Origin: a bacterium
GTDB lineage: Bacteria; Zhuqueibacterota; Zhuqueibacteria; Residuimicrobiales; Krinioviventaceae
NCBI GenBank assembly: GCA_963674595.2
Contig: CAXXFV010000008.1
Coordinates: 352,001 to 416,000, forward strand
Direction of reading: 5' to 3'
Length of the DNA stretch: 64,000 nucleotides
Both the position numbers and the translations under genes were made by a program. This document shows, piece after piece, positions 9,839 to 19,703 of this stretch (the stretch's first letter is position 1; the number at the start of each line of letters is the position of its first letter). The notes below the pieces were generated by a model. That model searched no databases, was not told where the DNA came from, and saw only the letters and a program-made list of their open reading frames with translations.

Positions 9839-10279
9839 TTATATTCCTTTTAACATTGATTCCAATAATTCTGCTGAGGTTTTGATAAAGTTGGGACACA
9901 GTGTGTGAAACAGGTTTTGTTCCGTTGCTTCCTGTTTGCCTTTTTCCGTGCTGATATCCACCGACAGCAACTCTTTACATTCTGTGGAGCCGTGTTTCTG
10001 AATAAACTTTTCCGTAAATTCACAAACAGCGGTATAGACCTCTTCCCGGTCTTCCATTTGTTCCGAATGTGGACCGCTGAATGCCAGTCCCAAAATCATA
10101 ATAGCGCCGGACACTGCTCCACAGGTTTTGCCCATGCGCATGCCGGCAGCAAATCCGCAGGAAAGATTTAATGCGGACCTGACATCTATATTAAACTGTT
10201 CACAATAGGTTGAAAATATTGCCTGGGAACAGGTATAACCGTCAAGGAATTTGGTTTCTGCTTGTTGTATTTTGGGCAT
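9839..10279 (-). CDS. C_GCAxxG_C_C family putative redox protein
   Basis: GYTCSQA, TCGAVSGA, CKELL and CPNF. Confidence 0.88.
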   Translation of the reverse strand: MPKIQQAETKFLDGYTCSQAIFSTYCEQFNIDVRSALNLSCGFAAGMRMGKTCGAVSGAIMILGLAFSGPHSEQMEDREEVYTAVCEFTEKFIQKHGSTECKELLSVDISTEKGKQEATEQNLFHTLCPNFIKTSAELLESMLKGI

Positions 10280-10352
10280 TTGGGGGTCTTTTAAAAATGT
10301 ACAAACGTTTTTAATAAGTTCACCATCTAGTAGTTATGCCTTGTTTTGTGGT

Positions 10353-11222
10353 TTATTCCATATATGGTTCAAAAAAAGATTTATCAACTTCATATACTGT
10401 TTGTGGTATCATGCCAAGCTCAAGTTGTTCAAACATTTCTACTAACTTTTCTCCATCGACTAGTTCTATTGGTTGCGCACCATCTCTAGTTGCTTCACGT
10501 CTTGCATCTGCCGTAAAACGTCCTGTTGATAAAATAATACCTTTTTCGGCACGACCCATCATGGCACCACGAAAGTCTCTAACTTGAGATGCAGACACAT
10601 TACCATCATAACGCTTGCATTGAAAGAGTACTTGAAAACTTACAAATGAATTTAGTTGTAACACACCGTTGCCATCAATTCCTCCATCTCCAGATCTACC
10701 AGTGACTTCAACTTTTTCAAAACCAGATTCTCTTAATAGTCTTTGACAAATTCTTTCAAAACCGGATGGAGAAAGAGACTTTAGTATTTGAAGTAATTGT
10801 TCACGAGAACCAATAGAAGATGAATTTGGAAGGGGGGCAATGTTGTCATCGTCAATTTCCTTTGAGATAATAGAATTCTCATTAATCTTTTGCTTAGTTG
10901 TTTTATTTTGGACTTCCTGTATTATATCACGTAATTTCTTCTCAGTTAATTCAGGAGTCGTCTGACCTTTTTCTGTTAATGTCCAAACACCCCGTTTTGA
11001 TGAATCAAGGAAACCTGTCGTAGCTAAGTAGAATCTTGCCCAATGAACTTGATTCTTAAACCTTGATTCACCATTTTTAAGTTGCCTATCTAAAATATCG
11101 TCTGAAAGATTAAGAGATTCAGCAATAGAATTACATACTTCATCTGCGCGAGCTGACCCACCTAGTTTCCGTAATTCCATAATAAGTGGATTCATATAAG
11201 TAGCAAATTCAGAGATTGCCAT
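10353..11222 (-). CDS. mrr: Mrr-family type IV restriction endonuclease
   Basis: Likely start MAISEF after GGGAGAG. Mrr_N segment (FKNQVHWARFYL...SSKRGVWTLTEKG) and catalytic segment GRSGDGGIDG...FQCKRY...IELVDG. Confidence 0.92.
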   Translation of the reverse strand: MAISEFATYMNPLIMELRKLGGSARADEVCNSIAESLNLSDDILDRQLKNGESRFKNQVHWARFYLATTGFLDSSKRGVWTLTEKGQTTPELTEKKLRDIIQEVQNKTTKQKINENSIISKEIDDDNIAPLPNSSSIGSREQLLQILKSLSPSGFERICQRLLRESGFEKVEVTGRSGDGGIDGNGVLQLNSFVSFQVLFQCKRYDGNVSASQVRDFRGAMMGRAEKGIILSTGRFTADARREATRDGAQPIELVDGEKLVEMFEQLELGMIPQTVYEVDKSFFEPYME

Positions 11223-11455
11223 TTTTCTCTCTCCCTTATGAATACTGTTAAAACCCGTTTTATGGTGGAAAATCAGTTTTTTATAACCGACAAAACAATA
11301 ATACACATTCTGGTAAATTCTCGCAAGGGATTTTTATTAAAATGTTACGCATACCCAGGGAACGAGTTTCATTTTTTAATAGGTTGGCGGAATATTAGTC
11401 CGGCTTGTCGGGTTAAGTATATAAAAAGGAATTGTTTATGATACGCGGAGAAGGT

Positions 11456-12208
11456 ATGATAAAGCACGCTGGTTTATGGGTGTTATATATTGTAATTGCT
11501 ATATCAAGCAAAGGATATACAGTCGAGTTTGAATCGGACCGCCCGGATTTTTCCGAGAGTCCGGTTGTTGTCCCGGCGCGCGCGGTGCAGATTGAAAGCG
11601 GTATTGACTTGACTAAAATGAATAGCGTTAAGGAATTTACCTTTCCGGAGGCCATGTTGCGCTTTGGTTTGGGACACCGCAGCGAACTCCGGGTCGGATT
11701 TTCAGGCTGGACGCGCCTGTCCGTTGATGATGTTGCAAATACGTTTATAAACGATTTGGATTTGGAGATCAAATACCAGTTGACCAAACCGGGCGCAGAG
11801 GTGCCTCTGGGTGTGTTGCTGGTATCCACACTGCCCACCGGCGATGACGAAATATCGGTCGGTCGTGCCGAATACGGCGTTATCCTGGCCGGCGGATATG
11901 ACCTGAACGAATTCATGGGACTGGGGATGAATATCGGCGCTGTTGCTGAAAACGATGAAGATGAGCGGGAGCTCGTCTATTCAACCGCACTGGCTATGGA
12001 AGTTGAACTGAATGACCGGCTCGCCGCATTTGTCGAGTTCTATGCGGACATTCCGCAGCATGAAACCTGGCAGCCGCTTATGGACGGCGGGCTTACCTGT
12101 ATGGTGAATCCGGTCACGCAGATTGACTTTTATATCGGCAAAGGATTAAACGATTATGCTCCGGATTTTATCATCGGTGCTGGTTTTTCTTTCCGATTTG
12201 ATTATTGA
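11456..12208 (+). CDS. Outer-membrane beta-barrel, MetA-pathway phenol-degradation/transporter family
   Basis: Signal peptide, DRPDFSESPVVVP..VQIESG, LPTGD, and a C-terminal GAGFSFRF strand. Confidence 0.75.
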   Translation: MIKHAGLWVLYIVIAISSKGYTVEFESDRPDFSESPVVVPARAVQIESGIDLTKMNSVKEFTFPEAMLRFGLGHRSELRVGFSGWTRLSVDDVANTFINDLDLEIKYQLTKPGAEVPLGVLLVSTLPTGDDEISVGRAEYGVILAGGYDLNEFMGLGMNIGAVAENDEDERELVYSTALAMEVELNDRLAAFVEFYADIPQHETWQPLMDGGLTCMVNPVTQIDFYIGKGLNDYAPDFIIGAGFSFRFDY

Positions 12209-12409
12209 TTTTTGTAAACACTCAGCAAAAAAATATACATCGGGGTGTTCACGGGATTGAAAATTCAATAAAAAAGCGTGGAATTATGAAAATATTTTTC
12301 ATATTATGTATACGTTGCAGGAAAAAAGTTTGTAATCAAAAAGGGGATGTTGTATTATTAAAAACGCTGCAATTTAATAAACTTTCAACGAGAGTTTTTG
12401 GGAGAAGCA

Positions 12410-12907
12410 ATGAACATACGACTTTTTGAACCCGGTGATGCTGAATTTTGTTTCAAGGTAAGGGCTGCGGCTTTTATTCAGGAATTTTATAATGAGATCG
12501 GGGCTGCGGCAGTAACGGCCGGCGTGAACAGGTTTATGCCGAATGACTATATTAAAATGGCAGAAAACGCGCCGTTTTTTGTTATTGAACGGGACGTAAA
12601 AAGACTCGGGTTTTTTACCATTAAAAAGTATTCCGAGCAAAAAGCTGAAATTCCCCTGATTTATATTGATCTGAATGAGGTGAAAAGCGGGCTCGGTTCT
12701 TCCGCCATTCGGTTTGTGGAAATCTGGGTGATGAAACACTGGCCCGATGTGACCCGTTTAATTGTTAATACCATTGTTCCCCAATACAACGGCGGTTTTT
12801 ACGAAAAAGCGGGTTTTATCCCCCGCGGCGAGTCTGTCTGCCGTTTATCGGACATGGATGTAAAAGCCATGTGTTTTGAAAAAAAGCTGGTAAAAAAAGC
12901 AGAGTAA
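12410..12907 (+). CDS. GNAT family N-acetyltransferase
   Basis: MNIRLFEPGD start after GGAG; GLGSS and GFYEKAGF motifs. Confidence 0.8.
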   Translation: MNIRLFEPGDAEFCFKVRAAAFIQEFYNEIGAAAVTAGVNRFMPNDYIKMAENAPFFVIERDVKRLGFFTIKKYSEQKAEIPLIYIDLNEVKSGLGSSAIRFVEIWVMKHWPDVTRLIVNTIVPQYNGGFYEKAGFIPRGESVCRLSDMDVKAMCFEKKLVKKAE

Positions 12908-12913
12908 ATAGCT

Positions 12914-13837
12914 TTGAGCCGGAAAACATTGTATTCACTCCTGGGTGTTTTGGCAATTTTGTGCTGGAGTTCTACCTTTGCCTTTAGTCGTCCCCTGGCG
13001 GAAAAACTTGGAATTGTGCGAATGGTGGCCTATATTTTTACTATTGGCGGCCTTTTTGGTGTGTTTTCGGTTTTGGTGCAGCCGGTAAAAAGAAGCGGAC
13101 TGGTACATTTAAACAAAAGATATTTAATTGTTTGCGGTTTGATATTTTTTGTGCATATTTCATGCATGTATACGGCCATCGGCCTGGCCCAAACACGGCA
13201 GCAAATTATCGCGGTCGGATTGATCAATTACCTGTGGCCGGGATTGACGATTCTTTTTTCAATCCCCATATTAAAACAACGCGCCAAACCTGTACTCGTT
13301 ATCGGACTCTTGACCGCAACCATTGGTGTGTTTCTGTCCGGTATTCAGGGCGATACAGAAACCTGGCGACAACTGTTTTTAACCGGATGGCAGCAAAACT
13401 GGCCGGCTTTTTCGTTTTCTTTTGCAGGCGCTGTTTTATGGGCATTGTTTACAAACTTTTCCCGTAAACTGGGAGGCGCATCCGGCAGTGAGGCCATGGC
13501 TTTTTTTATTTTGATTGTCGGACTGGTGTTTTTAATAATCAGTCTGTTTATATCGGATGTCCCGGATTTAAACGGAAGAACGATTTTCGAGTTACTTTAT
13601 ATGGCTGTTGTCGCTACCTTTTTGGGTTATCTGTTTTGGGACATTGCCGTTAAAAAAGGTGATGTTGTTTTTGTGGCTTCCATTTCTTATATAACACCGC
13701 TTTTGGCTACGCTTTGGTCCTGTTTATATTTGGAGATTACGTGCGGCTGGGTGTTATGGCTGGCGGCATTTCTGGTTATCATTGGTTCTGTTATCTGTAA
13801 ATTATCATTATATCCGCAAGAATATAAGTTAAACTAA
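12914..13837 (+). CDS. EamA/DMT exporter (YddG-like)
   Basis: About 10 TM segments; AILCWS, GLINYLWP and SYITPLL motifs. Confidence 0.85.
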   Translation: MSRKTLYSLLGVLAILCWSSTFAFSRPLAEKLGIVRMVAYIFTIGGLFGVFSVLVQPVKRSGLVHLNKRYLIVCGLIFFVHISCMYTAIGLAQTRQQIIAVGLINYLWPGLTILFSIPILKQRAKPVLVIGLLTATIGVFLSGIQGDTETWRQLFLTGWQQNWPAFSFSFAGAVLWALFTNFSRKLGGASGSEAMAFFILIVGLVFLIISLFISDVPDLNGRTIFELLYMAVVATFLGYLFWDIAVKKGDVVFVASISYITPLLATLWSCLYLEITCGWVLWLAAFLVIIGSVICKLSLYPQEYKLN

Positions 13838-13853
13838 AATTGGGAACAGTAGA

Positions 13854-14888
13854 ATGGGTTTTAAGGTAAAATTTACGACAAAGAAACTTTTATTACAGCA
13901 CACCTGGACAATTTCCCGTGAAAGCACGAATGAAAAAAATAATGTATTTGTGGCCTTGGAACAGGACGGGATAACCGGCTGGGGCGAGGCAGCCCCGAAC
14001 ATTCGTTATAATGAAAACTCGGTCAAAGTAAGTGAAACTCTTGAAAAAATGAGTCAGATCCTGGAAAATTGTGATCCGATGTGTTTTTTTGATGTTATGA
14101 CTGATTTGAACAAACATTTTACAGGGGATTTTTCCGCCAAATCGGCTGTGGACATTGCCTTGCTTGATTGGGTGTGCAAATCTTTAAATATACCGTTGTA
14201 CCGACTATGGGGACTGGACCCGTTAAAAACGCCGAAAACCAGTTTTTCCATAGGCATTGACAGTTTGGAAAGTATCAAACAAAAAGTAAAAGAAGCGGAA
14301 GAATATCCGATTTTAAAAATTAAATTGGGCAAAGACAATGACCGGGAAATCATTCAAACCATCCGGCAGGTAACGGACAGGGTGGTTCGCGTTGACGTGA
14401 ATGAAGCCTGGACCGATAAAGAAAAAGCGTTGCGGGAAATAGAGTGGCTGGCTGAGAATAATGTAGAATTTGTGGAACAGCCCATGCCGGCTGCCATGAA
14501 AGACGAAGCCGCGTGGCTGTGTGCCCGTTCTCCTTTGCCGTTAATTGCCGATGAAGCTGTGAAAACGACCGCCGATATTCTTGATCTGCCCGGGCACTAT
14601 CATGGCATTAATATAAAAATAGACAAATCCGGAGGTCTTCAGGAAGCCCTTAAAATGATAACATTGGCCAGAACCGTGGGATTAAAAGTGATGCTGGGAT
14701 GTATGGTGTCCAGTTCAGTTACCATAACAGCCGCAGCCCATTTGACTCCTTTGGTGGATTATGCCGACCTGGACGGCAATCTGTTGATCTCAAACGATCC
14801 TTTTAGCGGTGTAACTGTGGACGATGGAAAGCTGATTTTACCCGAGCGGCCCGGAATCGGTGTTGTTGAAACCGAACAATTGTTTTAA
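13854..14888 (+). CDS. Dipeptide (L-Ala-D/L-Glu) epimerase, enolase superfamily
   Basis: GWGEAAP, LKIKLG (KxK), RVDVNE, EQP, ADE, NIKIDKSGG and DLDG motifs. Confidence 0.9.
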   Translation: MGFKVKFTTKKLLLQHTWTISRESTNEKNNVFVALEQDGITGWGEAAPNIRYNENSVKVSETLEKMSQILENCDPMCFFDVMTDLNKHFTGDFSAKSAVDIALLDWVCKSLNIPLYRLWGLDPLKTPKTSFSIGIDSLESIKQKVKEAEEYPILKIKLGKDNDREIIQTIRQVTDRVVRVDVNEAWTDKEKALREIEWLAENNVEFVEQPMPAAMKDEAAWLCARSPLPLIADEAVKTTADILDLPGHYHGINIKIDKSGGLQEALKMITLARTVGLKVMLGCMVSSSVTITAAAHLTPLVDYADLDGNLLISNDPFSGVTVDDGKLILPERPGIGVVETEQLF

Positions 14889-14928
14889 CCAACCAGACTT
14901 TTTTTAATAATTAAAAAGAGGAAAGACC

Positions 14929-17322
14929 ATGATTCCAAATAAATTCCGCAGACAATATATCCATTATGAAATGGATAGGGAGGCGATTTTTAATCATGAT
15001 GTTTGGGAATTTGAATACATTACATCTGCCAAAGAGTGGCAGTTTGACAATAATGTTTTGTATGTGCGGTTGTCTGACCTCTCTGAATAAAAATGCGTTT
15101 ATGTCGGTAAGTTTTTTAAATCATGACTTGTTACAGGTCAGATTTTACCGTAATAAATTTATAAAAAATCCTTTTAACATTGTGAACGAACCGGAACCAT
15201 GTGACCATCGTTTTGCCGCTGCAGAAAAAGAGGGCATTATCTATATTCAAACCAATGCTCTTATTTTCAAATTTCATTTGCAAACGTGTGTTATTGAAAT
15301 TTTGGACCACCAGTTAAAACTGATTTCGCAATATGCGTTGACGGAAAAAGAGCAATTGTTTTTTCCCGAATATACATTGGGCCGGCAGGAAAATTCGGAT
15401 AAAGAGACCCGTTGTTTTATAAATTTGCAATTACAGCCGGAAGAAGCCATCTATGGACTGGGTGAAAAATTTACACCGATTAATCAGCGTGGGTATAAGG
15501 ATACCGGCTGGAATTCCGATACGACCGGCTGTCGTTGGGACCGGGCTTATAAAAATGTTCCGTTTTTTATGTCCAGTCGGGGCTATGGTGTTTTTGTACA
15601 CCAGACAGAGCGTATCGATTATGAAATCGGCAGCCGTAATTTTAATGTCTGTTCCATTGCTGTTGAAAGCGACCAGTTAGAGTATTTTTTCTTTTACGGT
15701 CCGGGTTTGAAAAAAGTAATCAGTACCTATACAAAGTTGACCGGCCGGGCGCCGAACCTGCCGAAATGGTCTTTTGGTTTTTGGATGTCGCGTTTTTCCT
15801 ATATGAACTGGGACCAGGTTTTTGAGGCTGTTGAAGGACTGCGCACCAGAAACATCCCGGTAGACGTTGTTCATATTGATCCTTTCTGGATGCGTGAGGA
15901 CTGTTACTGTGACCTGGTGTGGGACCCTGACACATTCCCGGAGCCGGAAGAGAATTTGAAAAAATTAAAGGACATGGGCGTAAGAGTTTGTTTGTGGGAA
16001 CAGCCCTATATCCCGGTGCAAACAGAGCGTTTTAGAGAAGCCGAACAAAACGGTTATCTGGTAAAAAATATATCCGGCAAAACCTATATCATCACCGACT
16101 TTGAAGACCGGCCTGTTCGGTATTGTTGATTTTACCAATCCCAATGCTGTGCGCTGGTATAAAGACCTGCATATCAAATTATTGATTCAGGGTGTGTCTG
16201 TCTTTAAAACAGATATGGGAGAGGCTCTGCCCAAAGATGCGGTTTTAGCCAACGGCAAAACCGGCAAGGAAATACACAATATTTATTCCCAGCTTTATAA
16301 CAAGGCCGTTTATGAGGCCTGTTCTGAATATTCCGAACAGGATGCCCTGGTCTGGGGACGTTCCGGATTTGCCGGCTCGCAAAAATATCCGTTAAACTGG
16401 TCCGGTGATCCGCATAGCACTTTTCAGGATATGGCCAATGTTTTAAGAAGCGGACTCAGTTATGGACTTGCGGGCGTGCCCTTCTGGAGTCATGACATTG
16501 GCGGATTTCAGGGAGAAAAACCATCTCCGGAACTTTACATCCGCTGGGCGCAGTTTGGCTTATTGTGTTCTCATGCACGGGCGCACGGTTGTCAGCCCCG
16601 TGAGCCCCTGGGAATACGGTGAGGAAGCTGTTCAGATTTTTAACAAATTTTGTCAGCTTCGTTATCGGCTGCTGCCTTATATCTGGTCTGTTGCCAACGA
16701 AGCCTGTAACACTGGTTTGCCGGTTATCCGGCCGATGATGCTGGAATTTCAGAAAGATGTGAATACCAAAAATCTGGACCTGCAATATATGCTGGGTCCG
16801 TCTGTTCTTGTTGCCCCGGTATTTAATGAATCGGGCTGGGTACAGGTTTATCTGCCGGAAGGCGAGTGGCTTGACTTTTGGACCAATCAAATTGTCAACG
16901 GTTCGCAATGGCTGGAACTCAAAGTACCCCTGGATAGAATACCGATTTATATCCGTCAAAATTCCGTGATACCTACCGGTCCGGAAATGAATTTTGTCGG
17001 TGAAAAACGCATCAGTCCGTTGTCGCTGGACCTGTTCCGGATTGATAATTTTGACTGGATTATTGATGCCGATAATAAGAGCCACCTTCATATAGAGAGA
17101 GACGAAAAAAGTATGCTGCTTCAACTTGCTGATTTTGAAGGTGATCTTGTCTGCCGGTTTCATTATCTTGATAAACCCAAGGATGTTCGCATCACTCCTG
17201 TTGATCATTTTGAGGCGGCATCTGTTGCCAAAAGTCATTGGGAATATAATGTAAACAAAAAATTGCTGGCTGTCAAGGCATCGGGAGTTCAGTTAGGCGT
17301 GTATATTGAGATCAGGTTTTAA
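14929..17322 (+). CDS. GH31 alpha-xylosidase/alpha-glucosidase (YicI-like), split by three +1 frameshifts
   Basis: YGLGEKF, YKNVPFFMS, FKTDMGE, WSGD, WSHDIGGF and RYRLLPY lie in successive frames. Breaks near 15070, 16116 and 16605-16608. RBS and ATG at 14929. Confidence 0.85.
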
Positions 17323-17359
17323 TTTTGAATTTTATTTCCAGCCGGAATAGAGGTTATGT

Positions 17360-18007
17360 ATGTTAAAAGGAAAAAAAGAAAAACAGGTGCAGCAGCTTGT
17401 GGGCGAACACTTTGAGATTGTAGAACAATGTGTTAAAGCTGCCGTGGATACGGTTGAATGTTATTTGAATGAAGATATGGACGGCACAACAGCTATGGGG
17501 CTTGAAACCGACAGGCTTGAACGCGAAGCCGACCAAATGCGCCGTAAAATTTATAATATTATGGGAACAGGCGCGTTTATGCCGATTTTACGTGGTGATA
17601 TTCATTGTCTGGTTGAGGAGATCGACGATTTGGCGGACTGTGCCGAAGATGTCGGTGACGTGATTAGCGGTGAACGACCGGATATCCCCCGGGAGTTTCA
17701 TGAAACGATTCGAAAAATCATGGACAGTACTTTTAAACAATGCCAATTGGCGCAAAAGATTATTGGTGGTTTTTTTGGATTAAACGATAATATGCAAGTT
17801 CAGAGTGGTATTGATGAAATTACCAAAATTGAACGGGAAATTGATGCTTTGGAATGGGACGTTACACGCCAAATTTTCAGTTCTGAATTACCCTTGGCAA
17901 ATAAATTACATTTGAAACAGTTTTTGCATCATTTGTCATCTATTTCAGATAAAGCCGAAGATGTAATGGATGTACTGAGTGAATTAATGATTAAAATGAA
18001 AGCCTGA
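17360..18007 (+). CDS. DUF47/PhoU-like phosphate transport regulator
   Basis: LEREADQMRR, DDLADCAEDV and ISDKAEDV; directly upstream of a PiT gene. Confidence 0.88.
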   Translation: MLKGKKEKQVQQLVGEHFEIVEQCVKAAVDTVECYLNEDMDGTTAMGLETDRLEREADQMRRKIYNIMGTGAFMPILRGDIHCLVEEIDDLADCAEDVGDVISGERPDIPREFHETIRKIMDSTFKQCQLAQKIIGGFFGLNDNMQVQSGIDEITKIEREIDALEWDVTRQIFSSELPLANKLHLKQFLHHLSSISDKAEDVMDVLSELMIKMKA

Positions 18008-18024
18008 AAAATAACGATTAATAT

Positions 18025-18966
18025 ATGTGGAATTTTATAAGTGGTGCATTTTTAGGGTGGAGCCTCGGCAGTAACGATGCCGCTAATGTATTTGGGACCG
18101 GTGTAGCAACAAATATGATCAAATACCGAACAGCTATTATACTGATTGCTATTTTCGTCATGCTTGGCGCGGTGGTTGATGGGCCTAAAACAATCCAAAC
18201 CATCGGCAAGTTGTCTGAGCTTGAGCCGAACCAAACTTTTTTTGTTACATTTGCTGCTGCTTTTGTATTGTTTATCATGTCAAAACTGGCCCTTCCGACA
18301 TCGTCCTCTCAGGCCATTGTCGGGGCGGTTATTGCATTTGGATTGGTTAATAATTCAGCGGATTGGAGCATGTTGTCAAAAATTGTGATTTGCTGGATAT
18401 TAACGCCTGTGGGTGCGGCTGTTATCAGTTTGATTCTATACCCGATTATTGCCTTTTTATTACGTCCTATTTTTAAAAATGTATTTCTTTACACAACCGT
18501 TATCCGAATCGGTATCATTTTTTCAGGGTGCTACGGCGCTTATGCGTTGGGCGGGAATAATGTAGCCAATGTTTCCGGCGTATATGTGGGCACCGGTGAA
18601 ATGACGCCTGTTACGGCCTCGGTTTTTGGCGGATTTTTTATCGCACTGGGTGTGCTCACATTCAGCAAAAATGTTATGATGGCCGTAGGTAAAGATATTT
18701 TTCCGCTGGATGCCTTTACTGCATTTATAGCCGTTTTGGCCCATGCGTTAACGATTCATGTTTTTACATTTATTGGTGTACCTGTATCCGGTTCTCAGGC
18801 CATTGTCGGCGCTGTTTTGGGTATCGGTCTTTTAAAAAATTTCAAAGCAATCAGTTTGAAAAAAGTTACCGGCATTGTTAGTGGCTGGCTGGCCACACCT
18901 GTGATTACCGGTGTGATTTGTTATTTATTTTATTTAACTTTTAGTGTTGTGAAAAATTGGATATAA
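18025..18966 (+). CDS. PiT family inorganic phosphate transporter
   Basis: GSNDAANVFGT, PTSSSQAIVG, GGNNVAN and PVSGSQAIVG repeats. Confidence 0.92.
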   Translation: MWNFISGAFLGWSLGSNDAANVFGTGVATNMIKYRTAIILIAIFVMLGAVVDGPKTIQTIGKLSELEPNQTFFVTFAAAFVLFIMSKLALPTSSSQAIVGAVIAFGLVNNSADWSMLSKIVICWILTPVGAAVISLILYPIIAFLLRPIFKNVFLYTTVIRIGIIFSGCYGAYALGGNNVANVSGVYVGTGEMTPVTASVFGGFFIALGVLTFSKNVMMAVGKDIFPLDAFTAFIAVLAHALTIHVFTFIGVPVSGSQAIVGAVLGIGLLKNFKAISLKKVTGIVSGWLATPVITGVICYLFYLTFSVVKNWI

Positions 18967-18988
18967 ACAGAAAGTTATTTGGATTAAT

Positions 18989-19669
18989 ATGAAGGTTTTA
19001 CTTTTTGATATTGACGGCACTCTTGTTCTGTCCGGGGGTGCCGGTGTTAAAGCGTTGGATCAGGCATTTTATGACATGTTTCATGTTAAAAATGTCCTGG
19101 CCCATGTGAACCTGGCAGGTCGAACAGATACGTCAATCCTTATTGACGCGTTGGAAGAGAATCAAATTAACGTGAATGGTTCCACAATTGAAGAATTTAA
19201 GGAATTATATTATAATCTTTTAATAGATGAAATTAAAGTCCCGTCGGATAAAAAATTTGTAATGCCAGGAATTATGCCGTTGCTGCAGGAATTGCATCAG
19301 CGACCGTCTGTATTTCTCGGATTGTTGACCGGAAACTGGGAAACAAGCGGGAGAATTAAGCTCAAACATTTTGGGCTGGACCATTATTTCAGTTTTGGCG
19401 CCTTTGCAGATGATTCCGGCGTTCGGGATGAACTGCTGCCTTTTGCAGTTGAACGGTACAGCAAAAAATTCAACCAAATTCCGCAGCCGCACCAGGTTTA
19501 TGTTATCGGCGACACGCCGGCAGATATTCAGTGTGCAAGGCCGCACGGTGCTGTTTCTGTTGCTGTCGGCGCTGCACACTATACCGTCGAACAGCTCGAA
19601 AAATATAATCCGGACTATTTGTTTTCCGATTTTAGTGATACCGAAGAAATTTTGTCTGTTTTAGGTTAG
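18989..19669 (+). CDS. HAD-family hydrolase (phosphoglycolate phosphatase-like)
   Basis: LLFDIDGTL, LLTGN and IGDTPADI motifs. Confidence 0.88.
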   Translation: MKVLLFDIDGTLVLSGGAGVKALDQAFYDMFHVKNVLAHVNLAGRTDTSILIDALEENQINVNGSTIEEFKELYYNLLIDEIKVPSDKKFVMPGIMPLLQELHQRPSVFLGLLTGNWETSGRIKLKHFGLDHYFSFGAFADDSGVRDELLPFAVERYSKKFNQIPQPHQVYVIGDTPADIQCARPHGAVSVAVGAAHYTVEQLEKYNPDYLFSDFSDTEEILSVLG

Positions 19670-19703
19670 TTTTATCATTTTTAAAAAATAAGAAAGTTAT
19701 TTT

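Noticed and set aside
10320-10352. GCATAAC just after the mrr stop (minus strand), resembling an attC R'' box
   Set aside because: No matching R' box or stem found; seven bases is not enough evidence.
11349-11366. GCATACCCAGGGAACGAG, resembling a collapsed REP-like palindrome end
   Set aside because: Single short copy with no hairpin partner or associated transposase in the window.
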